Source of the DNA: Geosiphon pyriformis uo1
Lineage: Eukaryota; Fungi; Glomeromycota
NCBI GenBank assembly: GCA_016748015.1
Contig: JAAOMT010000448.1
Location: 62,001 to 126,000 of the forward strand
DNA length: 64,000 nt
Reading direction: 5' to 3'
Part shown: piece after piece, positions 37,466-49,353 of the stretch
Position numbering within the stretch: position 1 is the first letter of the stretch
How the letters are laid out: each line of letters opens with the position of its first letter
Made by a program: the position numbers and the translations under genes
The notes under the pieces: generated by a model
The model's input: only the letters and a program-made list of their open reading frames with translations
Database searches by the model: none
Told to the model about the DNA's origin: nothing

Positions 37466-38115
37466 TTCTCAAAATTATTAATTTCTGAAAACAGTTTTTT
37501 GACTACTGCACATTTTTTTTAAGACATTTTTTCAACAATTTTATTTAATTTAATATCTAAAATAAAAAACCTTTTAACAGAAATATTGACTAAATTTTTA
37601 AAAAAAAAAAATACCAGAAGAAAATTCAAAAAAACATTATTATTATTATTACTCAAGAAATTGATTTTCTCTAATAGCTTTTCCAAAGCTTTTTTGGTCT
37701 TTATCTGTAAACTTTTTAATGTTTGGTCAAAATTTACTTTAACAAAATTGATACTTTTACTATAGTTAATATTAGTTTTCTTAATCAAACACTTTATTTT
37801 CATATTAATATTATAAAATTTAGTGGAGTCACTAGTTTTTAAGTTCCAAGTACAACCACTTAGTCTCTTGGCAGACACTTTTCTATTACTAACATCATTT
37901 TCCAAAACACTACTTTTTTTTGATATAATAGTTTTAATATTAACACTAAAGTCAAAATCTTTAATAGACTTTTTTATGACAACAATACTAAGGCCAACAG
38001 TAGTCTTGTAATCAAGCAGAAACAATTTGGATTTATTGTACTAAATAATTAAAATTTTTATTCAATAAATATACTTTTTTTGTAAATTTAAATATAAAAA
38101 AGAAAAAAGTTTTTT
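37466..38115 (-). mobile_element. LINE-a 5' part (5' UTR and ORF1 N-terminus), displaced ~30.7 kb by the nested LTR elements
   Basis: ORF 37519-38025 (FLLDYKTTVGLSIVVIKK..) is homologous to ORF 57686-58765. Joining the right flank of element A (~37465) to 6742 gives LFSEINNFEKVFIFSKFA, matching LFSKINGFGEAFTPLKFA, with about 1 nt of ambiguity at the junction. Confidence 0.88.
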
Positions 38116-39679
38116 TTTATAAGTTAATTTGTTTAATTTTTTTATTATAATTTGTTTAGTTTTAGTAAATTTAAAATTAAATTATTTTTATTTAGTATTT
38201 TATTACTATTGTTCAAATTAAATATTGTTTTTTTATTGAAAAAAAATTTTTTATAAAATTTTAATTTAAAATATTATTATTTTACTTAAATTATTAATGT
38301 TATTAGCTTAAAATACTGGATTTTTAAAGAATAATTGTTAATAATAATAAACTGCTTATTAATTATAATAAGCTTTTTTAAAAACATATTATTATATTAA
38401 AATACTTAATATTTTTATCTAATTTGTTAATTTTATATAAAATAATATTTTTTGAAATAAAATAACTTTTTTTTTTACTTTTTTTTTAGTTATGTTTTTA
38501 GTAATACTGTTTATTATAAATATAATATAATGTTATTTGGTTTAATAAATGTCTTAATCATATTTAAATAATTAATAAAATGTAATTTATTTTGAAATAC
38601 TTTGAAAATTAATAATTATTTATTTGAATAATAATGTTTACTTATTTATTTTTAATAAATTATTTTATTTTATTTAATTGTTTTTAACATATCAAATTAA
38701 AACTTAATATTAAAAAATGGTTTTTTAAAAAACAAATCTTATTTTTTTGGATTATATAATTGGAAAAAATAAAATTTAATCCAATCTATTAAAATTAATT
38801 TAATAAATAATAATGCTTAAAAATAGAAATTATTTTTTTAAAGTTTGAAAATGATAAATACATGGAAAATATAATAATAAAAAACTCTTAAACTTATTAA
38901 AAATTAAGAAAGTTTTGGTTGTTTAGTATCTTAAACTGTTTTTATATATATTTTCAATGAAAATTATGTTTTAATTATTTTTTATAAATTTTTAAATCTT
39001 GAAAAGATTATTATTTAATTATTTTTATAAAATAATTAATCAAAAGATGGTCAAATTTCAAAAAGTCATTTAATTTTATTATCGAGATTAAGAATTTGAT
39101 AAATTCAAATGATTTTAATTAATAATAATTTTCTCTTTAAGCAAACTAAAAAATAACTACATTAATGAAAAATATTATTATTATTATTATTATTCTATAT
39201 TAAAGATGAATTCTTTTAATATTTAGAAAATTTGAATGAAAAATATCGAATTACACATTTTAAAATTTTAAATGTCTCTAATACTTATATTGAGTCTTAA
39301 TATGTAAATAATTGGTTATTTAATAAATGGCAATTGATATGTAAATGGTTGTATAAAGCAATAGTGATACAGAATTTTTCATGCTTTTACATGAAACTGA
39401 ACTGTTCGTTTAGGTAACAATACAATGAGACTTTCTTGGCGTTGTTTGTGTACTATAGCTACTTAAATTTATTCTCAATTAAACCTGATTTGTAGCAAGT
39501 AATAGTTTGATAATGAATAACGACATTTTATAATTTGTTAACGTTAGAGAAACAGCATAAATATCAACTCTGCCTTTAATGAATTACATTCTAAAAGTAC
39601 TATCAAATAAAGCTTTTCAAAGTAAATCTCTATTTATCAAAAAATTCTCATAATAACCTATTCACATTGTATTCACACC

Positions 39680-40349
39680 ATGGAAAATAAAGAAATTAAA
39701 ATGGATCTTCCAGAAACTCATGATTCCAACCTGTGTGAATACAAAAAGGTAATATATCATTTCATACAAGTGTCTGTAGCAATCATCTCTACCTTTTAAT
39801 AAAATTATTATTTTTATTTATTTTCAGGAATCAATCAAAACCACAAACCAATTGCCCCCACCGAGCATTGTTAATACGAATGATACAAACCCCATTGCGC
39901 CTGGGCCTATTCAAAATGAATTACTTGCAAACTTCTTTAAAGAAGTGCTTGCAAAGAGAGCCTCAACAAACCAACCGCCTGGACCTCAAGGATCTAGTCA
40001 GTCAACAGTAACCACAAATGTGTCAACACGAAAGATGGTGAAAAAAGAAATAGAAAAGCTTCCTCCTCTTACGCCTGGGACTACTCAAAATGAAGTACTT
40101 GCAAACTTCTTTAAAGAATTGCTTGCAAAGAGAGCCTCAACAAACCAACCGCCTGGACCTCAAGAATCTAGTCAGTCAACAGTAACCACAAATGTGTCAA
40201 CACGAAAGATGGTGAAAAAAGAAATAGAAAAGCTTCCTCCTCTTACGCCTGGGACTACTCAAAATGAAGTACTTGCAAACTTCTTTCAAGAATTGCTTGC
40301 AAAGAAAAACTCAAAAAACCAACCGCCTGGACCTCAAGGATCTAGTTAG
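39680..40349 (+). CDS. Two-exon gene (39680-39748, 39828-40349; ~196 aa) with three tandem 58-aa repeats resembling the dynein light intermediate chain C-terminal adaptor-binding region
   Basis: CACCATGG start context. A 79-nt GTAATA..TTTTCAG intron keeps the frame with ORF 39852-40349. Repeated NE(L/V)LANFFxE(L/V)LAK(R/K) and RKMVKKEIEKL. CpGs are retained here, unlike in the flanking repeats. Confidence 0.75.
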
Positions 40350-40410
40350 TCCACAGTAACCACAAATGTGTCAACACGAAAGATGGTAAAAGAAGAAATA
40401 GATAAAATGT
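39899..40410 (+). repeat. 174-bp coding tandem repeat, about 3 copies
   Basis: CAAAATGAA recurs at 39912, 40086 and 40260 (period 174). Copies are nearly identical. Confidence 0.95.
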
Positions 40411-41019
40411 TGTACTGGAAGTGATGTTGAAAAGTAGATGGGTCACCATGACGATTCTTCGAATTGCCTTTTTCTTTTGTTCCTAACCAAGATTTTATAT
40501 CCCACGAATTTTTACTTTGAAACTTCCTGTTATTATGACTCCTCGGCTTAAATTTGTGATACATATATACACATATATATAACCTTCCTCCCTTCTCATA
40601 CGTGTATCATACTTTCGACAAATACTCTATATATCCAAGTTTATAAATATCTTTAAGACACGTTGTATTTTTTTCCAGTTTTCGATGGTTTTACTATGGT
40701 GTTTGTTGTATTTGTTTTTTCTGTTTCATGAACATACCCTCATAAAAATATATTCTCATATAATGGTGTCTCAAATTAGGCAGGTTGAAATATTTGTGGA
40801 TTGGCATCGATATTTCAATAATTTCTTGGATTCTTTTTCGCCTATCGAGTTTTTTTAATTTGGGAATTGGATTATCGATAAATTTTCAAACATACAACCT
40901 TTATATCTTTCATATCCTGTTAGAATTTATTTAAAAAACATGGCTTCAATATTTGATATATAGCACTAAAGAGGTCCAATAAACCAACAACAGAAAGATT
41001 TATACTAAAATTTTCCATC

Positions 41020-41110
41020 GCTCTTTTGCTCTCTTGCTCTTTTGCTCTCTTGTTCTCTTGCTCACTTGTTCTCTTGCTCACTTGTTCTCTTAATCTCTTG
41101 CTCACTTGTT
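41020..41110. repeat. 8-bp tandem repeat (CTCTCTTG/CTCACTTG/TTCTCTTG), about 11 copies
   Basis: Directly visible. Confidence 0.85.
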
Positions 41111-41397
41111 CAACTCCTTTTCCTTTCACTCTTCTCTAGTTTTTCTTTTGGACTGAATTATCAGCCACATTAAATATTTTGATGATTGACTTTTTTTTGT
41201 TATACAAAGGATCACTTGAATTTTATGCAGAGAACATGAAAAAAGAATAGGGAAAGCGAGGATGGAATATTATTACTAGTAAATTCATAATAATTATTTT
41301 TAGTAGGTGGATAATAGATTAAACTCTTAATAATTTTTATTAATTACTTAGGTACTTTGTCAATCTACTCGATTTTGAAACTATAATTCAATAACGA

Positions 41398-41741
41398 NNN
41401 NNNNNNNNNNNNNNNNNNNNNNNNNNNNNNNNNNNNNNNNNNNNNNNNNNNNNNNNNNNNNNNNNNNNNNNNNNNNNNNNNNNNNNNNNNNNNNNNNNNN
41501 NNNNNNNNNNNNNNNNNNNNNNNNNNNNNNNNNNNNNNNNNNNNNNNNNNNNNNNNNNNNNNNNNNNNNNNNNNNNNNNNNNNNNNNNNNNNNNNNNNNN
41601 NNNNNNNNNNNNNNNNNNNNNNNNNNNNNNNNNNNNNNNNNNNNNNNNNNNNNNNNNNNNNNNNNNNNNNNNNNNNNNNNNNNNNNNNNNNNNNNNNNNN
41701 NNNNNNNNNNNNNNNNNNNNNNNNNNNNNNNNNNNNNNNNN
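41398..41741. other. Assembly gap (N run)
   Basis: 344 N characters. Confidence 1.
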
Positions 41742-42423
41742 ACAACCTCACAGAAAGCACCATTTTTATATTATAGTAAAATGTAACATGCTAATGGATA
41801 GCCAAAAAGAACAGTATTATATGGCAATAAAAATAATCAAAAAGTAATTTAACTTTAATAAGCAAATTAAATTAGTAAGAATTCAATGTGTAAAATCAAT
41901 CTCATAAATATTTTAGTCGTTATTCTTTCCAAAAAGTAACAAAAGAATCTGAAAATAGAGAAATAATTTGTAGTGTCAACAAAAAATAATACATTAGTAT
42001 AATTCTATGCTTTATATTAGCACTCTTAGAATTTAATATTAGATATCAATTGTATTTTTCTGTAAATATTTATTCAATATACTTTACAAAAACTAACAAT
42101 TATACAAATTAAGAAAAGAAACAATATAGCAAAAAAAGTTGATATTATTGTATTAATCTTTGTTTTAAATAAAACAATGATTAAGTTAGTAATTATATTA
42201 ATGATTTGGTTAATAATTAGATTAATAATTAAATCAATAAACAAGTTAATAACTAAGTCAATAATCAAGTTATTAATTAAATTAATAATTATATTAACAA
42301 TTATTTTTAAAAATAAAAAAGTTAATTAATAATATTAGTGGTTAATACATATAATTAACTATGATTAAGTAAATAGATAAAACTAAAAAATAAAAGATTT
42401 AATTATAATAATATTAATTGTAT

Positions 42424-43068
42424 TGTTACGAATTGGAGTAACAAGTTAATAGATAGCAAGGGAGAACAGAATTGTAGAGTGATGAAAGAAATCAAAGGGA
42501 ATTCAACTTCAAAGAGTGAATTAAATGAGTATAGATTCAATATGTGAGATCAGTCTCATAAAATATCTCAGTCACTATATTTTTCAAAAGATAACCAGAG
42601 AATCTAAAGATAGAGAAATAGTTTGTACTGTCAACAAATAATTACACACTGATATAATTTTATGCCTCATGTCAGTACTCTTAGAATTCAATATCAGGTA
42701 TCAAATGTATTCTTCAGTCACGTTTTATTCAATAATCTTTAAATGCTGTAATTATATATTTCAGGAAAAAAGATAAAGAATAACCAACAAGTAATCTTTT
42801 ATTTCAAGATATTCAGATACTTAAAGGTAAGAAAAAAGAAATTAGTGATAAGAAAAAAATTGAGATGAAGTTGTTATTTTATTTTATTTCTTTTTTTTTA
42901 ATTTTTATATGTTTTTCTACAGCTAAGAGATTCATTACTTATATAGCTATCAAAAATAGTTAATAATCAGATTAATAATTACTATCTAAAAATAGGGTGG
43001 CTAATTATATGATATTAATGGCTAATACATGTAATAATTAATAAAAAGTATAGGTTTTAATCATAACA
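42424..43068 (-). repeat. 3' LTR of element D
   Basis: TGTTAC..TAACA, direct repeat of 49354-50994. PPT-like GAAGAGAATAA adjacent. Confidence 0.93.
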
Positions 43069-43069
43069 T

Positions 43070-43660
43070 TATTCTCTTCAAAGAGATTAAGCTCTGGCAA
43101 AATCAAGTTATTCATAATATAATCTATTTAAAGAGTTTTATCTAACTCAAAGCTAACTAATTTGTTGAAGTTTTTTGTAGATAGAATATATAATACTTGA
43201 GATAAAATGAGTTTTGTATTCAAGAGATTAAATCTTTGTATTAGGATTTTGGCTCTTTTAGCAATAATTAAAACTCTTGGGACATCTAACTATATAATAC
43301 TCAAAATTTCTGTCTGTATCTCTGAAGTTGTTTTTTTCATAAGTTTCATATTTTTTATGATTTCTTCAAAGTAACCATAGAGTTTTAATTGTTTTCTATA
43401 TAACAAATTTCTGTTTATGGGCAAGATTTTTTGGATTGTTTTTCCAATTGTGCTAAAAAGTGAGAGTATAATTGCTGTTATACTTTTTAACAGATATTTA
43501 TTCATTTTACTACCAATTTTTTTTCTTCTGGTAGTAGTTTTCTTTGGTTTAATAACAGTATGTGTTCTACTGTTATCAATTATGGTGATTTGTTTTCCAA
43601 TACTTATAGAGAATATAGAAGATGTTTTGAATATTTTAATTCAGAAAATAATTGTTCATG
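43070..43660 (-). pseudogene. Element D ORF3-position remnant
   Basis: Partially open minus frame (track ORF 43290-43505, continuing to ..LPELNLFEENN at the PPT) between integrase and the 3' LTR. Homology to the other ORF3s is not evident by eye. Confidence 0.55.
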
Positions 43661-43719
43661 TTAATTGAAGATACTTTTGTTTTAAGAATAATGCATTTAT
43701 TTATACTTAATTTTTGCTA

Positions 43720-46700
43720 ATCATTTGAGTCAATATTACTACAACAAACAACTAATTAGGTTATTTATGATATTTTTTAAGTCATGTATCATGAACAGAA
43801 TAATCATTGAAAATTGTTTTAGATTGATCTTGAAAAATATAAAAACTATTGTTCAAAACTTTGTTGACTATAAAAGATTCTTTTCACCAGCTGGAGAATT
43901 TATTACTATATATATTATCTCTATCTGAATAGTATTCCAATATCAAGTTACCAATACTTAAAGAAAGTGTTTTATAGGTTTTTTTTTCTTAAGCTTTTCT
44001 TGAAATTGTTTTATCTTTTTAAAAGCAATTATTCATGCTTTTATCAAGAAGTCAAGAATAGTACCAAGTTTTTTTTGCAAAATGTCTTTGTAATTTTCTA
44101 TTGTGATCTCTTTAAAAAGTATTGTTTCAATGTCAATTTCTATTGGTAGTGTTGTCATGCATTCATAGAACAGATAAAAAGGTTCATAATTTGTTATGTT
44201 ATGATTCACAGTTCTATAAGTAAACAAGGCTAAAGACAGTACTTTGTTCCATAAGTTTGTTTTTTTACTGGTTTTGGCTAAGATTTTACATAATATTCTA
44301 TTAAAATGTTCTACTAAGCCATTTGTTTGAGGGTGGTAAGGAGAAAAAAGTTTATAACATATTCCCATTTTTTACAAAGTTTTTCAACCAGTGTACTGAA
44401 AAAAGCTCTTCCTTTATTAGATAAAAGTTCTTTGGGACAGTTATAATAGCAAATAATATCTTCATATATGAAGTTGCTATTAAGATTGCTGTTTAGTCTG
44501 GAGTGACTCTTGCTTCTACTCATTTTGTAAGATAGTTAGTAGCTGTGATAATGTATCTATTGCCATCAAGAGTTATTGTTAAAGATCCAATAATATTTAT
44601 ACCAATTTTGTTAAATGATTAATCAACAGAGATTGGATGAATATCTTTTTTATGATTGGGTTTGCTTCTTCTTTGGCAAATGTCACAGATTTTGATATAT
44701 TTAGCAATGTTTTTTTTTAAGATAGACCAATAATAGTGAACTAAGATTTTCTGAATTGTTTTTGTTTTTCCAAAGTGTCTAGTTAATGAGTTAGTATGCA
44801 TGTTGTATATTACAATTTCTCTTTTTTCAAATCTGATAACTTTTTGGGAATGGTCAGGATCTTTTTTATTTCTTTTATATAACTGGTTTTGGCAAATCAA
44901 ATAGAAGTTTAATTGTTTGCATAAATGTTTTTTTTGCTGTTGAATGTATTTTGGTGGGTATTATCTTTTATCTAAAAATTCTATTAAGACAGAGTAGTTG
45001 TCCAAGTCCATTATTGTGTTTATTTATAAGAGTATTACTAATAATTAAGTTGGTTTAGTGGAAAGGTTGTATTATTACTAGATGATAAGTTTAAAGAAAG
45101 CATTAGTGTTTTGATGATTTGCTCTTTTGTGGTGTTGAATATTATAGTCGAATTTATCTAGGTAAAGTATCCAGTGAGTTATTTGTTTGTGTTCTAGCTT
45201 TTTTTTATTATGCAGCCAAACCAAAGCTTGATGATCTGTTATCACTAAGAATTTTACACCAAGAAAATATTAATCCTAGTAACTAATAATCCAAACTATT
45301 GCTAAGTATTTTTGTTCAGTTACTGAATAGTTTTTTTCTGCTGGTGTAAGAGATTTACTGGCATATGCTATAGTATGTTCTTTGCCATCTTCATCTTTTT
45401 GTGAGAAGACAGTGCAAAGTCCATAACCAGATACATCAGTGTAAAAAATAAAAGATTGGTTCAGATCAAGTTGCTTAAGAATTGGTTCAATAACAAGTTT
45501 TTCCTTCAGAATTTCAAAAGCTTTTTGTTAATAAGTATTCCAGTAGTAATTGACATTTTTCTTAAGTAGCTGATTAAAAAGAAAGACAATTTTGGAGAAA
45601 TTTTTGATAAATTTGCAATAGTAAAAAGCCAAACCAAGGAAAGAGCATAGTTCAGAAATATTCATTGGTTGTCTAATGTTCTGGACTTTTTCAATCTTAG
45701 TTGGATCAGAGAAAATTCTATCTTTTGTAATAAGATGACCAAAAAACTAGGTAAATTGATGTCCAAAAAAAGATTTGATTAAGTTGATTTTAAGCATTTC
45801 TGAACAGATCAAAAACTTTTTGCAAGTGTTCAAAATATTCATCACAGATTTTTGAATATACTATTATGTTGTCTAAGTAGACCAGAACAAAGTTTTTTTT
45901 TACTGATTCAAACACTTTGTTCATTAAGTATTGAAAGATGGGAGGAGCATTGGTGAGGCCAAAAGACATGACTGTAAATTCATAGGTGCCATACTTAGTA
46001 ATAAAGGCAGTTTTTTTTTTGCTTTCCAGATCCATCTCTACTTGCCAGAATTTAGCAGTTAAGTTAATGGTTAAAAAGAAAGCAGTACTATTGAATTTAT
46101 CTAACATTGCATTAATTTTGAGGAGTAAGTATATGTTTCTTATAGTAATGGCATTTAATTGGCAGTAATTAACACAAAAACATAGAGTTCCGCTTTTCTT
46201 GAATATTACTACAATTGAAAAAGCCCATTCACTCTTGGTTTCTTGTATGAATCCAAGATCTTTTATCTGGTTTATTTTTTTCTTGATGAACTCATTATTG
46301 TGTCAATTAAATTGATAAGATTTCAAATAGATGAAATAAGTTTTTTTGGTGGTAATGATATGTTGTATTACATGGGTTTGTCTAGAGATGTCATCTTCTT
46401 TTGAGATAACTGGGTTATTTCTAGCTAACAAATTTTCAATGTCTATTTTTTTTTCTTTAGAGGAAGATTCTTTTTGTTTTACAACTAGTAATTGAATTTT
46501 AAGTGGTTTATTCTCAAAGAAATTTTGTATTTCTTTTAGTTCTTTTCTGGGTATCAAACTAATTGGCTCCCAATTTTTGTAATAGATTAAGCAAGACTTG
46601 GATTTATCATTAGGAAAATACAAAGGTTTATTGTATTAACACCTAACATAAGGGCCATGCTACCAATAACTGTATTTTGCTTTCTTGCCAGGTTTTCTAT

Positions 46701-49348
46701 CAAAGGTTTTTCTGAGAATATCATAATAGGACCAGCAGATCAGCTTGCTATTTATTATGATTTCTTCTTTGTTAGCTTTAATATTGTCTAGTGGGTTGTT
46801 ATTGTTGGTAAAGATAGTATAGATAAATTCAGCAGTTTCTTCTTGTTCTTCTTGATCTTTTTTTTATTGCTCTTATTATCTGATTTATTTGATTGTTTTT
46901 CTTCTTGGTTTTGCTTGGGTACTGGAAGGGTTGTCCAATAACAGCACTTAACCACAATGGGCTTTTTATCATATCTAATAATTAACTTACAAAGTTTATA
47001 GTCAAATAATACTTTGGCTTTCTTGAGCCATTCATTGCTAACAATTATGGTGTACTCTTTTGCTTTAGATACTTCTATGTTAGTTTCAATGCTAATACTA
47101 TTGATGCAAACAGAAATAGCTTTGGCTATGCCCAAGTCTTTCTTTTGTCACCATGTATATTGATCATTGATCAAGTGGAAGGCTCATTAATTTTTCTGCC
47201 AATTGCTTCAAGAAAGTGTTTGACAATTACACTAACAGATGATTTATTGTCTAAAATCAGATCAATAAAGTAACCAGCTACTTGGGCTTTGCAGATTAAA
47301 AAAGTGAGATTGCTGTTATTAGCAAGTCCAGCTTGGTAAGAACATTTGTTGGTTTTTGGAGTCTTCTTTTTTGGAATCAATGATTTGCAAAGATCTTTTT
47401 TAAACTGTAGATGAGTTATTAACTGACTAAAAGTAATATGTGCTGGGATTTTCATAAGATCTTTTACAACAGAATAAAGTTCAGATTTTTGTACAATTTC
47501 TGGAGATTTTAACTTTGAAGAATTCTTAAAAACTTTAGTCTTTGGTGGCTCATTGTAATCAGCAATAAAAGTTAAGACTTTGTTGGGATCTAAAATAAAA
47601 TCAATCTTGGCTTTTTTCTTCTTTCTTGTTAAATCAGAAGTGTTGATTACCAGTTCATCTATATCATGGTTATCATTAGTTAGGTTAAAGATGTAAAAGA
47701 GATTTTCTTCTGGTTGGCTTGCACTCTCACCCTTTAGAGGTACACCTACTAGTTTAAAGACTAATAAACAGTAGCTTTGACTAGGGGATCCTCTTTAAAG
47801 AAATTGATGTTGACATAATTGGGTCTTTAATTAGAAATATTGTTGTTAATAATTCTGTTGTTTTGATTATCATTGTTTTTAGGAGCTGGAGGTGGCAAAA
47901 AAAAATTGTTGCAATTTCTTAAAAAATGTTTAGTTAATTTACAACAGTAGCATACAGGTAAACCATAATTTTGCTGTCTTTGATAAGGGGACTGCTGAAG
48001 CTGATTGAAATATGATTCAAATCTAGATCTTTGTAGTTGCTGGTTGTTTCTGACTGCTTGGGCTAATGGTTCTAATAGCCAAACAAGATTTGCTGTAAGT
48101 CTATCTATTAACTGTTTATTTGAGTCTTAAGTTTGGATGGCAAAAGAGGTAGCAACTATTTGTAAAACAAGAACAAAAACTAAAAGGGTGGATTCCAAAT
48201 GCATCCTTTGGTTATCTTTTATTCTTTAAGCAAGTTTAATAGACATATCTATTATAGGATTATCTTTTAAGGCCAGAAGAAGCCAAAGAGCATATAACAA
48301 ATCTGTTTTTAATCTTTTTGTAAAGAAATAAATCTTTTTGTAAAGAAATAAATCTTTTGCTCTTTTGTCCAGTTTTTTCTAGAGTTTACTCTTTTAATTA
48401 ACTTTTTGATGGCTTTAGCATATTCAGTTACCATTTCACTGAAACCTTGGATTCTTTTTTTTAGTTCTATATGCCATTTAGAGATTAAAATGAGAGTTCT
48501 AAATTTAGTTTTAAACCAGATTGTGAAAAAAGTGTTTTCTTTTTTAGCATTTGTTGGTGTCTATTTAATAATTTTTTGGTGAACACCAATATCAGTTTTT
48601 TGTGAGAACCAAGTAGCAAAAGAGCCTTAGAGGTAGTTACTAACAATTTAGAACTTGTATTTATTATCATATTGGTTGGCTATAGTAGCTCTTTTAAAGT
48701 TATCTAACCATTCAATTAGATCTTGTGCATCACCTCTGAATAAAAGTAGTGGGGTGTTATTTTTTTCCCCTAAAGCAGTTTGTATGCCTTGAAAGGTAAT
48801 CAGAATATTTTGTTGCATGAGATCATTAGCCATTGGTTCAGGAGTAGCTATTTGTGTAAAATGTTTTGATTTACTTAAGAAGGGGTCAAAAACAGAAGCA
48901 GTTTAATAGCTTTCTTCTTTTGTTTCAAAGGGTGTTTCAGCTAGCTAATGAACAGCAATCCAAATGTGAATTTGATGATTCAGATATTCAAAATTAGGAG
49001 ACTGTTGTTCAAAGGTTGTGGAGTATAAAAGCTGATTGATGCTGTTATTTCTTTCTTTAAAGTTGTCTTCAAAATAAGCTTGGTTAAAGTAATAAGTTAT
49101 ATAGACTGTGTAGGTTTTAGCTGAATGTCCGTTCAGAAACCAGTTCCAAAAGTCTTGGAATTGTCTGCTAGATTGTTCTTCAATGGAAAAACAAATCAAG
49201 CAGAAGAGCAAAGGATTGAGTTTAATAAAGTTTAGATTGTTTTTGTTGTATGCTTCAAAGTGTTTTTCTGATTGTTGTGGCAGATATAAATAATCACTTA
49301 TACAATAGAAAACAAAGTGGATTTTGACAACCTCACAAAAAGCACCAT
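43720..49348 (-). pseudogene. Element D gag-PR-RT-RNaseH (45078-49348) and integrase (~43720-45011)
   Basis: FRGDAQDLIEWL, LILDNKSS, MSFGLTNAP..VYLDNII, CDIC, YHPQTNGLVEHFNR. Confidence 0.9.
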
Positions 49349-49353
49349 TTTTA

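Noticed and set aside
38120-39350. Possible upstream exons or element in the AT-rich tract, including (ATT)n at ~39173-39192
   Set aside because: No coding signal or termini. The microsatellite is trivial.
39680-40349. Naming this gene as the canonical dynein light intermediate chain
   Set aside because: No G-like domain exons are visible and only the C-terminal motifs match, so no symbol is assigned.
40920-41129. 69-aa ORF with EQ(V/E)SKR repeats
   Set aside because: Product of the 8-bp repeat with a GTG start. No support as a gene.
41365-41763. 132-aa ORF
   Set aside because: Artefact spanning the N gap. Only MVLSVRL (the PBS) is real sequence.
48311-48356. 20-bp tandem duplication in element D gag
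   Set aside because: Frame-breaking local slippage in a dead copy. No sign of function.
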